This document shows positions 18,779 through 26,554 of a stretch of DNA of 64,000 nt, one piece after another. The DNA lies in assembly GCA_015523335.1 (NCBI GenBank), contig WAKM01000012.1:1714-65713 (forward strand). Direction: 5' to 3'. Each line of letters begins with the position of its first letter. The first letter of the stretch is position 1. The translations under genes and the position numbers were made by a program. The notes beneath the pieces are model-generated. The model worked only from the letters and a program-made list of their open reading frames with translations, made no database searches and had not been told where the DNA came from. This DNA is from Archaeoglobaceae archaeon (GTDB lineage: Archaea > Halobacteriota > Archaeoglobi > Archaeoglobales > Archaeoglobaceae).

Positions 18779-20017
18779 TTAAAGTCCACCCTTAACTTCG
18801 ATCACGTCAAGCTTTGTGACCTTCGCCGGAACACCCAAAACCTCACTTAAACTCGGCTTAGTCCTTCCTTCATCCCCGCTAACGAGTTCCTTAATGTAAA
18901 GCCCGCTTTCGGCTTCTATTTTAAGAACCGCAACCCTTCCTCGATGCAACAGAATTTCGATGTCGTAAGTTCTCCTCTTCCTCAGCAGATCCGCCCTTCT
19001 ATGCAAAACCCTCTTCGGTGTCCTCTGCTCGATTACGGTATTGCTTATCGCTTTAACCGCTCTTTCAAGTTCATCCCTGCTTACTTCTTTCTCGAATTCA
19101 ACCTTAACCCTGTAGACCTTTCTGAAACCCGCCGACTTCAGATACTCAACATCCTTCGGCTCGGCAAACTTCAGATCGAAAACGACGACCTTACCACTCG
19201 TTTTTTTATTTACGTATTCCTCAACGTATTTTAAATCGACAAACCTCCTCTTAGGATTTTGAATCTCCATTATGAAGGGTCTTCCGTTTCCCAACATCCT
19301 CGCATCCACATCCTCCCTGCCGGATCCGTGCAGAATCGCGTTCGATCCCTTGAATATCTCAAGCATCGCGTTACCTATCAGCTCTTCAACGGAAGTCTGA
19401 TACTTCTTGCCCGTCCAGTTGCAAACCTCGCAACCCTTCCCTTCGCATTTCGTGCAGAGCCATCTCGTTTGAGATATCCCCCTCACTCTCTTCTTGTATC
19501 TTCCGTAAATGTAAAGCGGTCTTATCTGAATTTCGAAGTTATGATTTTCCAGATCGTAGATTACGACTACGTCTGGATCCCGATAAACCGGTTTGGCGTT
19601 CAGCTTTTCCGCAAGCTTTTTGCTGAGTTCCCTGTTGAACTGAACCTTAAGACTTCTCCCGTTCGAGCCTAATATCTCACTAAGATAACTTTCCAAAGCT
19701 TTTAGGCTTCCGTAAACTCTGCTTCCGACTGAGAAAGTTCTGAATTCGTAATCCTTCAATTTGCCCGCTATCTCATCAGCTATCTCGTCGATTTTCCAAA
19801 GTAAGCCGGAGCAGATCATACAGCTTTCCGGCTTAACAATTTCACAGTCGATCCCCGTTCTCCTCTGACATTTAACGCAGAGCTTGAGCATTTTGTAGAA
19901 TTTCAACATCGATGTTGTTATAAAAACGTTGCTCGACTTTAAGGAAACTCTCGCATTCATCTCCCGCCCTTTCGGGCTTTTAACCTCTCGACCTTGACGT
20001 TGCATCTGCAACGTCAC
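18779..20017 (-). CDS. pus10: tRNA pseudouridine(54/55) synthase Pus10
   Basis: N-terminal Zn-ribbon cysteines (CVKC...CMIC, CTKC...CEVC), a THUMP-like middle region, and a catalytic GREDVDARMLGNGRPF motif. The start is uncertain: GTG 20017 (GTGA overlap with the permease stop), or ATG 19960 or 19909. Confidence 0.8.
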   Translation of the reverse strand: MTLQMQRQGREVKSPKGREMNARVSLKSSNVFITTSMLKFYKMLKLCVKCQRRTGIDCEIVKPESCMICSGLLWKIDEIADEIAGKLKDYEFRTFSVGSRVYGSLKALESYLSEILGSNGRSLKVQFNRELSKKLAEKLNAKPVYRDPDVVVIYDLENHNFEIQIRPLYIYGRYKKRVRGISQTRWLCTKCEGKGCEVCNWTGKKYQTSVEELIGNAMLEIFKGSNAILHGSGREDVDARMLGNGRPFIMEIQNPKRRFVDLKYVEEYVNKKTSGKVVVFDLKFAEPKDVEYLKSAGFRKVYRVKVEFEKEVSRDELERAVKAISNTVIEQRTPKRVLHRRADLLRKRRTYDIEILLHRGRVAVLKIEAESGLYIKELVSGDEGRTKPSLSEVLGVPAKVTKLDVIEVKGGL

Positions 20018-20964
20018 GCTACCACGTAGATCAAGGTCAATGCGAGCGCAACTAAGAAGTATGGCAAGGAGTATTTGTGAAATTCCTTCAAGCTTATCCC
20101 CGAAATTCTGGTAGCTATGAAGTTAGCCAGAGACCCTATCACGATTCCAGTTCCTCCGATGTTAACACCAACGGCAAGCGGGAGCCATGGGAATCTCTGA
20201 GATACCAGCATAACCGTTGCAGGAACGTTGCTTATCAGCTGACTCAAGCCCGCGGAGAGTAGAATTACGATCGTTGCCGATCGTTCGAAGCTTATGTATT
20301 CGAACAGAAGAGACGACATCTCTTTGAAATCCACAAATATCAGTGCGAAAACCGCAACGAGTGCTATGTCGAGCGAATACAGAGCTTCTCTACCGATGAG
20401 AGACATGACGAGCAGTGTTAGTAGAAATCCCACATACGCAAGATTTCTCTCAGCAAGCGCTACGTTGAGTATCAGAAGCAACGTAGAACACACCATCAGC
20501 CCCATCTTGATCTTAATTCTCGGCATCGGCGATACTTTCAATTTCCTACGCCTACTGCCGATCCATACGAAAAACATGAGGAGGATCATCCAAAGCAGAA
20601 CGTAGGGTAACATGGAACGCACGAATTCGGATAGCGGTATCTTGAAAGTCCTCCAGATTATTATGTTCTGAGGATTTCCTATGGGTGTTAAGGCAGAGCC
20701 TATGTTAGCCGCCAAGGCTATCGAAGTTACGGCCTTCGGCAGATCTATTTCGGCTATTTTCGAAATCGTTAATACGAACGGGACGAATACGAACATAGCC
20801 GTGTCGTTCATGATTACGGCTGATGAAATAGAAACGATCAGCACGAGTAGGCTCAGCAGTTTGAATTCCGAATCTCCGGAAATATTAACGATTGCGTTGG
20901 CGAATCTGCCGAAGATTCCGGAAAGCTCAAGCCCCCTCGAAACTATGAATAGAGATATAATCAT
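20014..20964 (-). CDS. ArsB/NhaD/CitMHS-superfamily ion permease (N-terminus unresolved)
   Basis: Polytopic protein with IALAANIGSALTPIGNPQN and NIGGTGIVIGSLAN repeat motifs typical of this superfamily. The frame stays open upstream to 21117 and encodes a further TM segment, but has no ATG/GTG/TTG there. Confidence 0.6.
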   Translation of the reverse strand: MIISLFIVSRGLELSGIFGRFANAIVNISGDSEFKLLSLLVLIVSISSAVIMNDTAMFVFVPFVLTISKIAEIDLPKAVTSIALAANIGSALTPIGNPQNIIIWRTFKIPLSEFVRSMLPYVLLWMILLMFFVWIGSRRRKLKVSPMPRIKIKMGLMVCSTLLLILNVALAERNLAYVGFLLTLLVMSLIGREALYSLDIALVAVFALIFVDFKEMSSLLFEYISFERSATIVILLSAGLSQLISNVPATVMLVSQRFPWLPLAVGVNIGGTGIVIGSLANFIATRISGISLKEFHKYSLPYFLVALALTLIYVVA

Positions 20965-21100
20965 TGCTAAGCTCTCGTAATCTATAAGCTCAAGACTCCT
21001 TCTCGGCAGTGAGGGATCGGCAATAGAGAGAGCTAAGAACAGCAGAATTAGAAACGTCAGAAACCATTCTCTCTTTATGATCTGCCAAAATTCTGCCGTT

Positions 21101-21574
21101 TTACTTGATATACCTTCTCACCTCGTCCGTGAGTCCGTAGTCCGGTATTATCTCCTCTCCGTTCTCGGAAACCTTTATGTGCATGATGATGATCTTATTC
21201 CAAGCAACGGGGATAACCCAAGCATCCTCGGGCTCTCTGAATTCAGCGGCTTCGATGACGTTGGCTTCCTTCAAAACTCTCTCAACAGCCTCTCGAACCT
21301 TTTGCGAATCTACTTCCGCACGAGCCCTTACCGGTCTACCCTTCGGAGAAGGAGCATCGGCGTGCAGATCGTAGTGGATTCTGTCCACGGCGAAGTCCAT
21401 ATACATAACCGGAACGTCGACGTGAACCTCTCCACCCGCTCCCATTTTGATTATCGGAACACCCGCAGTAAAGAACCGATAGGCTTCCTTAGCCGTTCTT
21501 ATCGCCTTATCGAGAGCTTTAAAGTTGAGCGGTTTGAACCTCCTCACCGGCGGCGGCATTTCTAATCCTCCCAT
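21101..21574 (-). CDS. Conserved-looking hypothetical protein (soluble, 152-157 aa)
   Basis: Protein-like composition, unlike the antisense ORF 21077-21565, which is S/R-rich junk. The internal ATG 21559 is preceded by GGGAGGA with a 6-nt spacer and may be the true start. Confidence 0.55.
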   Translation of the reverse strand: MGGLEMPPPVRRFKPLNFKALDKAIRTAKEAYRFFTAGVPIIKMGAGGEVHVDVPVMYMDFAVDRIHYDLHADAPSPKGRPVRARAEVDSQKVREAVERVLKEANVIEAAEFREPEDAWVIPVAWNKIIIMHIKVSENGEEIIPDYGLTDEVRRYIK

Positions 21575-21600
21575 ATGTTTTTGAAATATGAGCTAAGCGG

Positions 21601-21613
21601 TATTTTTATATAG
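21601..21613. promoter_or_regulatory. TATA-like element (TATTTTTATATAG) in a divergent intergenic region
   Basis: Lies ~30-45 nt upstream of the minus-strand gene start (21574/21559). AT-rich symmetric box. Confidence 0.4.
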
Positions 21614-21629
21614 TAGGTAAACAAACTTT

Positions 21630-21657
21630 TACCCGTATAACAAAAATGATACCCGTA
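21630..21657 (+). promoter_or_regulatory. Direct repeat TACCCGTA-N12-TACCCGTA (candidate operator)
   Basis: Identical 8-mers at 21630-21637 and 21650-21657 (20-bp phasing). They bracket a weak TATA (GTATAACA) ~27 nt before GTG 21668, upstream of the small-TM / ArsR pair. Confidence 0.3.
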
Positions 21658-21667
21658 AGTTAATGGG

Positions 21668-21916
21668 GTGATCGGCATGGTTTCGCCATTACCGGAAATG
21701 GAGACTATAGAATGGTTGGTATGGTGGATACTGATTGCCCTCGTTATCGTAGCGGGCATACTGTTGAAGTTTTGGAGATATCGATTAATGGCGGATCTTT
21801 TACGGCAGACGCCCGAAAGATCGAAATACTTCGATGAAACGATGCGGGAGTTGCTTCACGAAATTAAGATGCTCAGGAAGGAAATAGAGGAGCTCAGAAA
21901 GGAACTCAAGGAATAG
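21668..21916 (+). CDS. Small single-pass membrane protein with a C-terminal coiled coil
   Basis: One TM segment (WLVWWILIALVIVAGILL) followed by a heptad-like ELLHEIKMLRKEIEELRKELKE. Its stop is 1 nt before the ArsR start. Confidence 0.5.
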   Translation: MIGMVSPLPEMETIEWLVWWILIALVIVAGILLKFWRYRLMADLLRQTPERSKYFDETMRELLHEIKMLRKEIEELRKELKE

Positions 21917-21917
21917 C

Positions 21918-22238
21918 ATGAACGGCGACAAAACCGATCTTGCCGATAACCTCGCAGAAATTTTGAAGGTTCTTGCGAATCCGATTAGACTCAAAATACT
22001 CGCTCTGTGCTTATCCAAAGAGCGAACGAGCAGAGAACTGAGGGAGAAGCTCAAACTATCGAAACCCCTCCTAATATCTCATTTACGAAAACTTGTGAAC
22101 GCCGGTTTTCTTGAATACAGGACGGAATTGGATGGGAAAAGGGTGATAGTGAGGAAGTATTACAGAACGAGGATATTCGAAGTTTGTGTAAATCCGGAGG
22201 TTTTGAAGGATATTTCGGAAGAACTCGAAGATGACTGA
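21918..22238 (+). CDS. ArsR-family winged-helix transcriptional regulator
   Basis: LKVLANPIRLKILALC...TSRELREKLKLSKPLLISHLRKLVNAGFL HTH pattern. 106 aa. Confidence 0.8.
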   Translation: MNGDKTDLADNLAEILKVLANPIRLKILALCLSKERTSRELREKLKLSKPLLISHLRKLVNAGFLEYRTELDGKRVIVRKYYRTRIFEVCVNPEVLKDISEELEDD

Positions 22239-22282
22239 TATATCCTAACATTTATATTCATAGACATTCGACGAGTTCGGGC

Positions 22283-23674
22283 ATGAGGGTGGTTATGAAA
22301 TTCGGCGGCGTAAGTGTGAAGGATGGGAAAAACATCCTTCATTGCGCTAATCTGGTTAAGAGGTTTGCCAAGGATAATGAGATCGTTGTTGTTGTTTCGG
22401 CTATGTCCGGTGTTACCGATTCTCTGGCTAACGCGGCGTATAAGTGCTGTTACGAACGCTCATTGGGTTTTATAAAATCGTTCATTGCCGATTTGGCTAA
22501 GAGGCACTACGAAGCTGTCGAGGTGGCTGTCAAGAACAAGAACATAAAGTCGAAGGTGCTATCGACGATAGACAATCTCGTTGACGAGCTTGAGAAGGTT
22601 TTGACTGGCATCAGCTACTTGGGCGAGCTCACCAAGAGGAGTGAGGATTACATACTTTCCTTTGGCGAAAGATTGCTCGCACCCATTTTTTCAGCTTCCC
22701 TGCTTTCAGTAGGCGTCGATTCAGTTGCCTTAACCGGAGGAGATGCTGGAATAATTACCGATAACAACTTCGGAAGGGCTAAGCCTTTGCCGGAATCTTA
22801 TGAGATCATAAGGAACAGACTCGAACCGTTAATAGCAATAAAGAAGACCGTTCCCGTCGTTACGGGATTCATAGGAACAACCGAAGATGGGGTAATTACA
22901 ACCCTCGGAAGGGGCGGTAGCGATCTCACGGCAACGTTAATAGCAGCGGCATTGGATGCCGATGAAGTTTGGCTTTGGAAGGAAGTTGACGGCGTCATGA
23001 CAACCGATCCGAAGATAGTGCCGGAAGCGAGGGTGATTCCGGAAATATCGTATCAGGAGGCTATGGAGCTATCGCATTTCGGTGCAAAGATCTTGCACCC
23101 TCGCGCCTTGGAGCCGGTTATGGCGAAGAAGATTCCGGTGAGGATAAAGAACACTTTCAATCCCGACGCGAACGGAACGGTAATTAAGGAGGAAACCAAG
23201 TCGACGAAGGAAATAGTTAAGGCTATAAGTTTGGTTGAAAGGGCTGGAATAATAAACATCAGCGGAGCTGGATTCGATTTTGCGGAGATAATGTCCGAGG
23301 TGTTCAGAAGGCTCGCGAAAGCCAAGGTCAACGTTATAATGGTAGCCCAAAGTTCTTCGGAGCTCAATCTGTCGATAGTCGTCGACAAGGCTGACATAAA
23401 CAAGGCTATGAAGGCTCTTTCAGGATTAAACAACGGAGTATCCAAGATTTCGAAGAAAGACGACATTGCTGTGGTAAGCGCGGTTGGAGCGGGAATGGCT
23501 GGAACTCCGGGAGTAGCGGGAAGGATCTTCTCGGCTCTCGGTAGGAACGGAATCAACGTAATTATGATAAGCCAGAGTTGCTCAGAATACAATGTCTCCT
23601 TTGCCGTAGCGAAGGAAAACGGACGAAAAGCCGTGAAGGTTATTCACGAAGAATTTAATTTAGGAGCTAAATAA
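22283..23674 (+). CDS. lysC: Aspartate kinase
   Basis: MKFGGVSV kinase N-terminus, a GRGGSDLTA motif and two C-terminal ACT domains. TTTATATT is centred ~27 nt upstream of ATG 22283; the alternative ATG 22295 is preceded by GAGGGTGG. Confidence 0.9.
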   Translation: MRVVMKFGGVSVKDGKNILHCANLVKRFAKDNEIVVVVSAMSGVTDSLANAAYKCCYERSLGFIKSFIADLAKRHYEAVEVAVKNKNIKSKVLSTIDNLVDELEKVLTGISYLGELTKRSEDYILSFGERLLAPIFSASLLSVGVDSVALTGGDAGIITDNNFGRAKPLPESYEIIRNRLEPLIAIKKTVPVVTGFIGTTEDGVITTLGRGGSDLTATLIAAALDADEVWLWKEVDGVMTTDPKIVPEARVIPEISYQEAMELSHFGAKILHPRALEPVMAKKIPVRIKNTFNPDANGTVIKEETKSTKEIVKAISLVERAGIINISGAGFDFAEIMSEVFRRLAKAKVNVIMVAQSSSELNLSIVVDKADINKAMKALSGLNNGVSKISKKDDIAVVSAVGAGMAGTPGVAGRIFSALGRNGINVIMISQSCSEYNVSFAVAKENGRKAVKVIHEEFNLGAK

Positions 23675-23675
23675 G

Positions 23676-24677
23676 TCAGTCTCCTCTCTGAATCTTCGCA
23701 TGTCCTCCGATTATTGAGCCGCTAAGTTCCAGATTCCTAATCTCGCAGTCCTCGTCGATTATACTCCTCCAGATCCTCGTTCTCCTTAAAATAACCCTAT
23801 CGAAGATGACCGAATCGCTCACATCGGAACTTTCAATGATGCAGTTCTTTCCTATGTATGCGTAGGGACCGACGATGGATCGACCCCTTATTTCGACGCC
23901 CTCCTCTATAACGACCGGCGGAATTATCTTCGAAGCTTTGTCGATCTTCACGTTTTCTGATATGTATTCGTCCATATAGAACTTGAAAGCCTCTATGTAG
24001 GAGTCGGGATTTCCAACGTCATACCATATCCCGTTGCCGAACGGATAACCGTAAACCTCAACCCTTTCGCAAAGCCAGCCTATGAAATCTCCCAAGTTGT
24101 CCGACTTCTCGTTGGTTCTAACATACTCCTGCAAAAGATCGACGGCTTCTTGAGGGAGAGCGTAGATTCCTATTCCGACCAAAGTCGATTTCGGTTTCTC
24201 GGGCTTCTCGTAAAACTTTACGACCCTCTCCCCATCGATGTCCGCGACACCGTATCTCTTAGCAAGCTCGTAATCGCCTACGTCGTATAAAGCGACGACG
24301 GTCTTCCCCTTCTGTCTGTAATATTCAACGAAGCCGTCCAAATCGAATGAGAACAGGTTGTCTCCGGCTACGACGAGCAGATCGTCATCTATAATCTTCG
24401 CAACTTCTGCTAAAGCTCTAACTGCTCCTAACTTCTCCTCCTCCTTAGTCGTATGCTCCACTATGAGCTCGACATCCTTATCCTCAGCCCAACGTCTGAA
24501 GTCGTCTTCAAACCTCTTATTCGTAGAAACGTAAATCGGAACTTTAAATCTTGAAACCTTCTCGTAGATGTGGTCAATGATTTTCCTCTTACCTATCGGT
24601 AGTAGAGGCTTAGCTTTAGTCTTCGTGATTGGCCAAAGCCTCGTCGCGTAGCCGCCAGCCATTATGACGATATTCAT
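23676..24677 (-). CDS. Sugar-1-phosphate nucleotidyltransferase with a C-terminal left-handed beta-helix domain
   Basis: MAGGYATRLWPITKTKAKPLLPI NTP-transferase motif. Hexapeptide-like repeats in the last ~90 aa. Confidence 0.8.
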   Translation of the reverse strand: MNIVIMAGGYATRLWPITKTKAKPLLPIGKRKIIDHIYEKVSRFKVPIYVSTNKRFEDDFRRWAEDKDVELIVEHTTKEEEKLGAVRALAEVAKIIDDDLLVVAGDNLFSFDLDGFVEYYRQKGKTVVALYDVGDYELAKRYGVADIDGERVVKFYEKPEKPKSTLVGIGIYALPQEAVDLLQEYVRTNEKSDNLGDFIGWLCERVEVYGYPFGNGIWYDVGNPDSYIEAFKFYMDEYISENVKIDKASKIIPPVVIEEGVEIRGRSIVGPYAYIGKNCIIESSDVSDSVIFDRVILRRTRIWRSIIDEDCEIRNLELSGSIIGGHAKIQRGD

Positions 24678-24874
24678 AGTAACGGTGTAACTGTATAGAT
24701 TAAAAATTACTTTCGGTTGATGACGTTTCGAAAAGCCACTTAAGAGAGAATTCGTTGAAATAGGAGAATAGTTTCAGGCAACACTCAAAGGTGTTACGAA
24801 CCGGTTTAAGGAGTTTGTGGAACGGACAGCAGTTAAATTCGGTCTTTTAGTATCCGCGAAGGAGCGGAAGATAA

Positions 24875-26554
24875 CTAAGAGAGAGCGTTTTTCAGAACTA
24901 CATCCAAAACTTCCGGTTTGTCTATCGGAAAGTTGTAACTCCTAAAGTCGTATTCTTCAATTTCGCCGGATTTCTTGATTACGGTTATTTCAAGTTTCGG
25001 AAGTGGTAAAAATTTGCTCAACTCTTCTCTAAGTTTTTTGTAATCGCCGATAATATTCTTTGTTCTTCCGTTGAGCCTGATCTTTACCTTTCCGACGTGC
25101 TTGGGATTTAGGAACTCTTTGAACTGCTCGAGCTTATCGATGCAGTCCTTTCTGACGTAGGTCTTGCCGAGGTGTGTGTATATGTATATCAACTCGCCTT
25201 CTTCTGCCGATTTCTTCAAAGCAAATCTAACCTCGCTCCGAGTTCTGCCGGTAATTTCCTCAATCCACTCAGCCGGCATCGGTGTGCTTAGCTCTTCCAC
25301 TATCTTATGTCTCCTCGATTTCCTCCAGAGCTCCTCCAAAACGTCTCTATCGATGTTTATGTCGATTATCTTCTTAGCCTGATCGATCGAAGCAATTAGG
25401 TCGTCCGTATCGATCGTGTCGGGTGTCACGAGGTAAACGACGAACTTCACATCCTTCCCCGCTTTTCTCATTATCCTTCCGTGCCTCTGAATGAACCTGA
25501 GCGGACTTGAGGTGTTAGACCAGTTTATCAGCAGATCAGCCGTGGGAAGATCCACCCCTTCTTCGCCAGCTGACGTTGATACTATCACATCAGCCTGCTT
25601 GGCTTCTTCGAGCATCTCTCTCATTTTCTCCCTCTGTCTTCCTATTACGAGCGCAACCCTATAGTCTGTTTTTTCATCCAAGATTTCCGCAAGTTTTTTT
25701 GCAACAACAACTCTTTCAACGAAAACTATGGATTTGCTGAATCCTTCGTATAGCACCAAAGCTCTGAAAAGATATCTCAGCTTATGCAGATCTCTAAGCT
25801 TAAGGACGTCGTTTTTAAGATCTTCCAACAGCTTCGAAAGCTTGTTCTTCCTGCTCAAGCTCTCCTTTAAGGCTAAAGCTCCGTCTTTAGCGAAGAATTT
25901 CAGAGCAGAAGTGTATATTAGCTTCTCGCTTTTCCTTGCAATGTTCCTTCTCCTATCTATCTCGTCGTAAACTTCCATCTCCCTCCTGCTGAACGGTGTT
26001 TCGAAAACCTCCGCAATCCACTCGGCGATGAACGGCTTTACTTCCTTAGTCGACCACTCCCTAACCTTTCCGATCAGACGTTCGATCTCATTTCTCCTTC
26101 TCTTCGGAATGTATGCGGACAAACCTAACTTGTAATCGCATTCGAGCTCCTTCAGAACCTTAGCGTATGCGTCATCGCCTACGGCATGATGACACTCATC
26201 CACAACTACCGCGTCGACCTTCACAAGCTCCAAATCGCTGTAAACAGTTTCCGGCGTAGAAATGGCAACTTTCGCTCTTTTCCACATTTCTTCCCTCTTC
26301 TCCTTCGGATGTATTCCGTAGATCATCTCCGAATCTATTCCCAATTTTGAGTAAACCTTATGTGTCTGTTCAACCAAAATTCGGGTCGGAACCAAAACTA
26401 AGGCTTTCTTAATCAAACCCCTTCTAAAAAGATTTTTTAGAAAAAAGGCACCTATTATCGTTTTGCCAGTTCCAGTCGGAAGGACTAAAACTGATCTCCT
26501 ATGCTTTAAGGCATGCTCGACCGCTTCCTTCTGGTAAGGTCTGAGCTCGATCAT
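24875..26554 (-). CDS. SF2 DEAH-box helicase, Hef/FANCM-like core with inter-RecA insertion and a C-terminal wHTH-like domain; no nuclease domain
   Basis: LRPYQ, motif I LPTGTGKT, motif II DECHH, motif III SAY and motif VI QRHGRIMR. A ~110-aa helical insertion lies between the RecA lobes. The C-terminal ~150 aa include ITGRTRSEVRFALKKSAEEGELIY. ATGA overlap with the upstream gene. Confidence 0.85.
   Translation of the reverse strand: MIELRPYQKEAVEHALKHRRSVLVLPTGTGKTIIGAFFLKNLFRRGLIKKALVLVPTRILVEQTHKVYSKLGIDSEMIYGIHPKEKREEMWKRAKVAISTPETVYSDLELVKVDAVVVDECHHAVGDDAYAKVLKELECDYKLGLSAYIPKRRRNEIERLIGKVREWSTKEVKPFIAEWIAEVFETPFSRREMEVYDEIDRRRNIARKSEKLIYTSALKFFAKDGALALKESLSRKNKLSKLLEDLKNDVLKLRDLHKLRYLFRALVLYEGFSKSIVFVERVVVAKKLAEILDEKTDYRVALVIGRQREKMREMLEEAKQADVIVSTSAGEEGVDLPTADLLINWSNTSSPLRFIQRHGRIMRKAGKDVKFVVYLVTPDTIDTDDLIASIDQAKKIIDINIDRDVLEELWRKSRRHKIVEELSTPMPAEWIEEITGRTRSEVRFALKKSAEEGELIYIYTHLGKTYVRKDCIDKLEQFKEFLNPKHVGKVKIRLNGRTKNIIGDYKKLREELSKFLPLPKLEITVIKKSGEIEEYDFRSYNFPIDKPEVLDVVLKNALS

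Noticed and set aside
21077-21565. 162-aa plus-strand ORF opposite the 157-aa hypothetical gene
   Set aside because: S/R/L-rich composition and no start-codon context. The minus-strand frame has a protein-like composition, a GGAGG site and operon continuity.
24716-24722. C-box-like TTGATGA in the 197-bp spacer (possible C/D box sRNA)
   Set aside because: There is no CTGA D'/D box at the required ~12-nt guide spacing on either strand, and no second C'/D pair.
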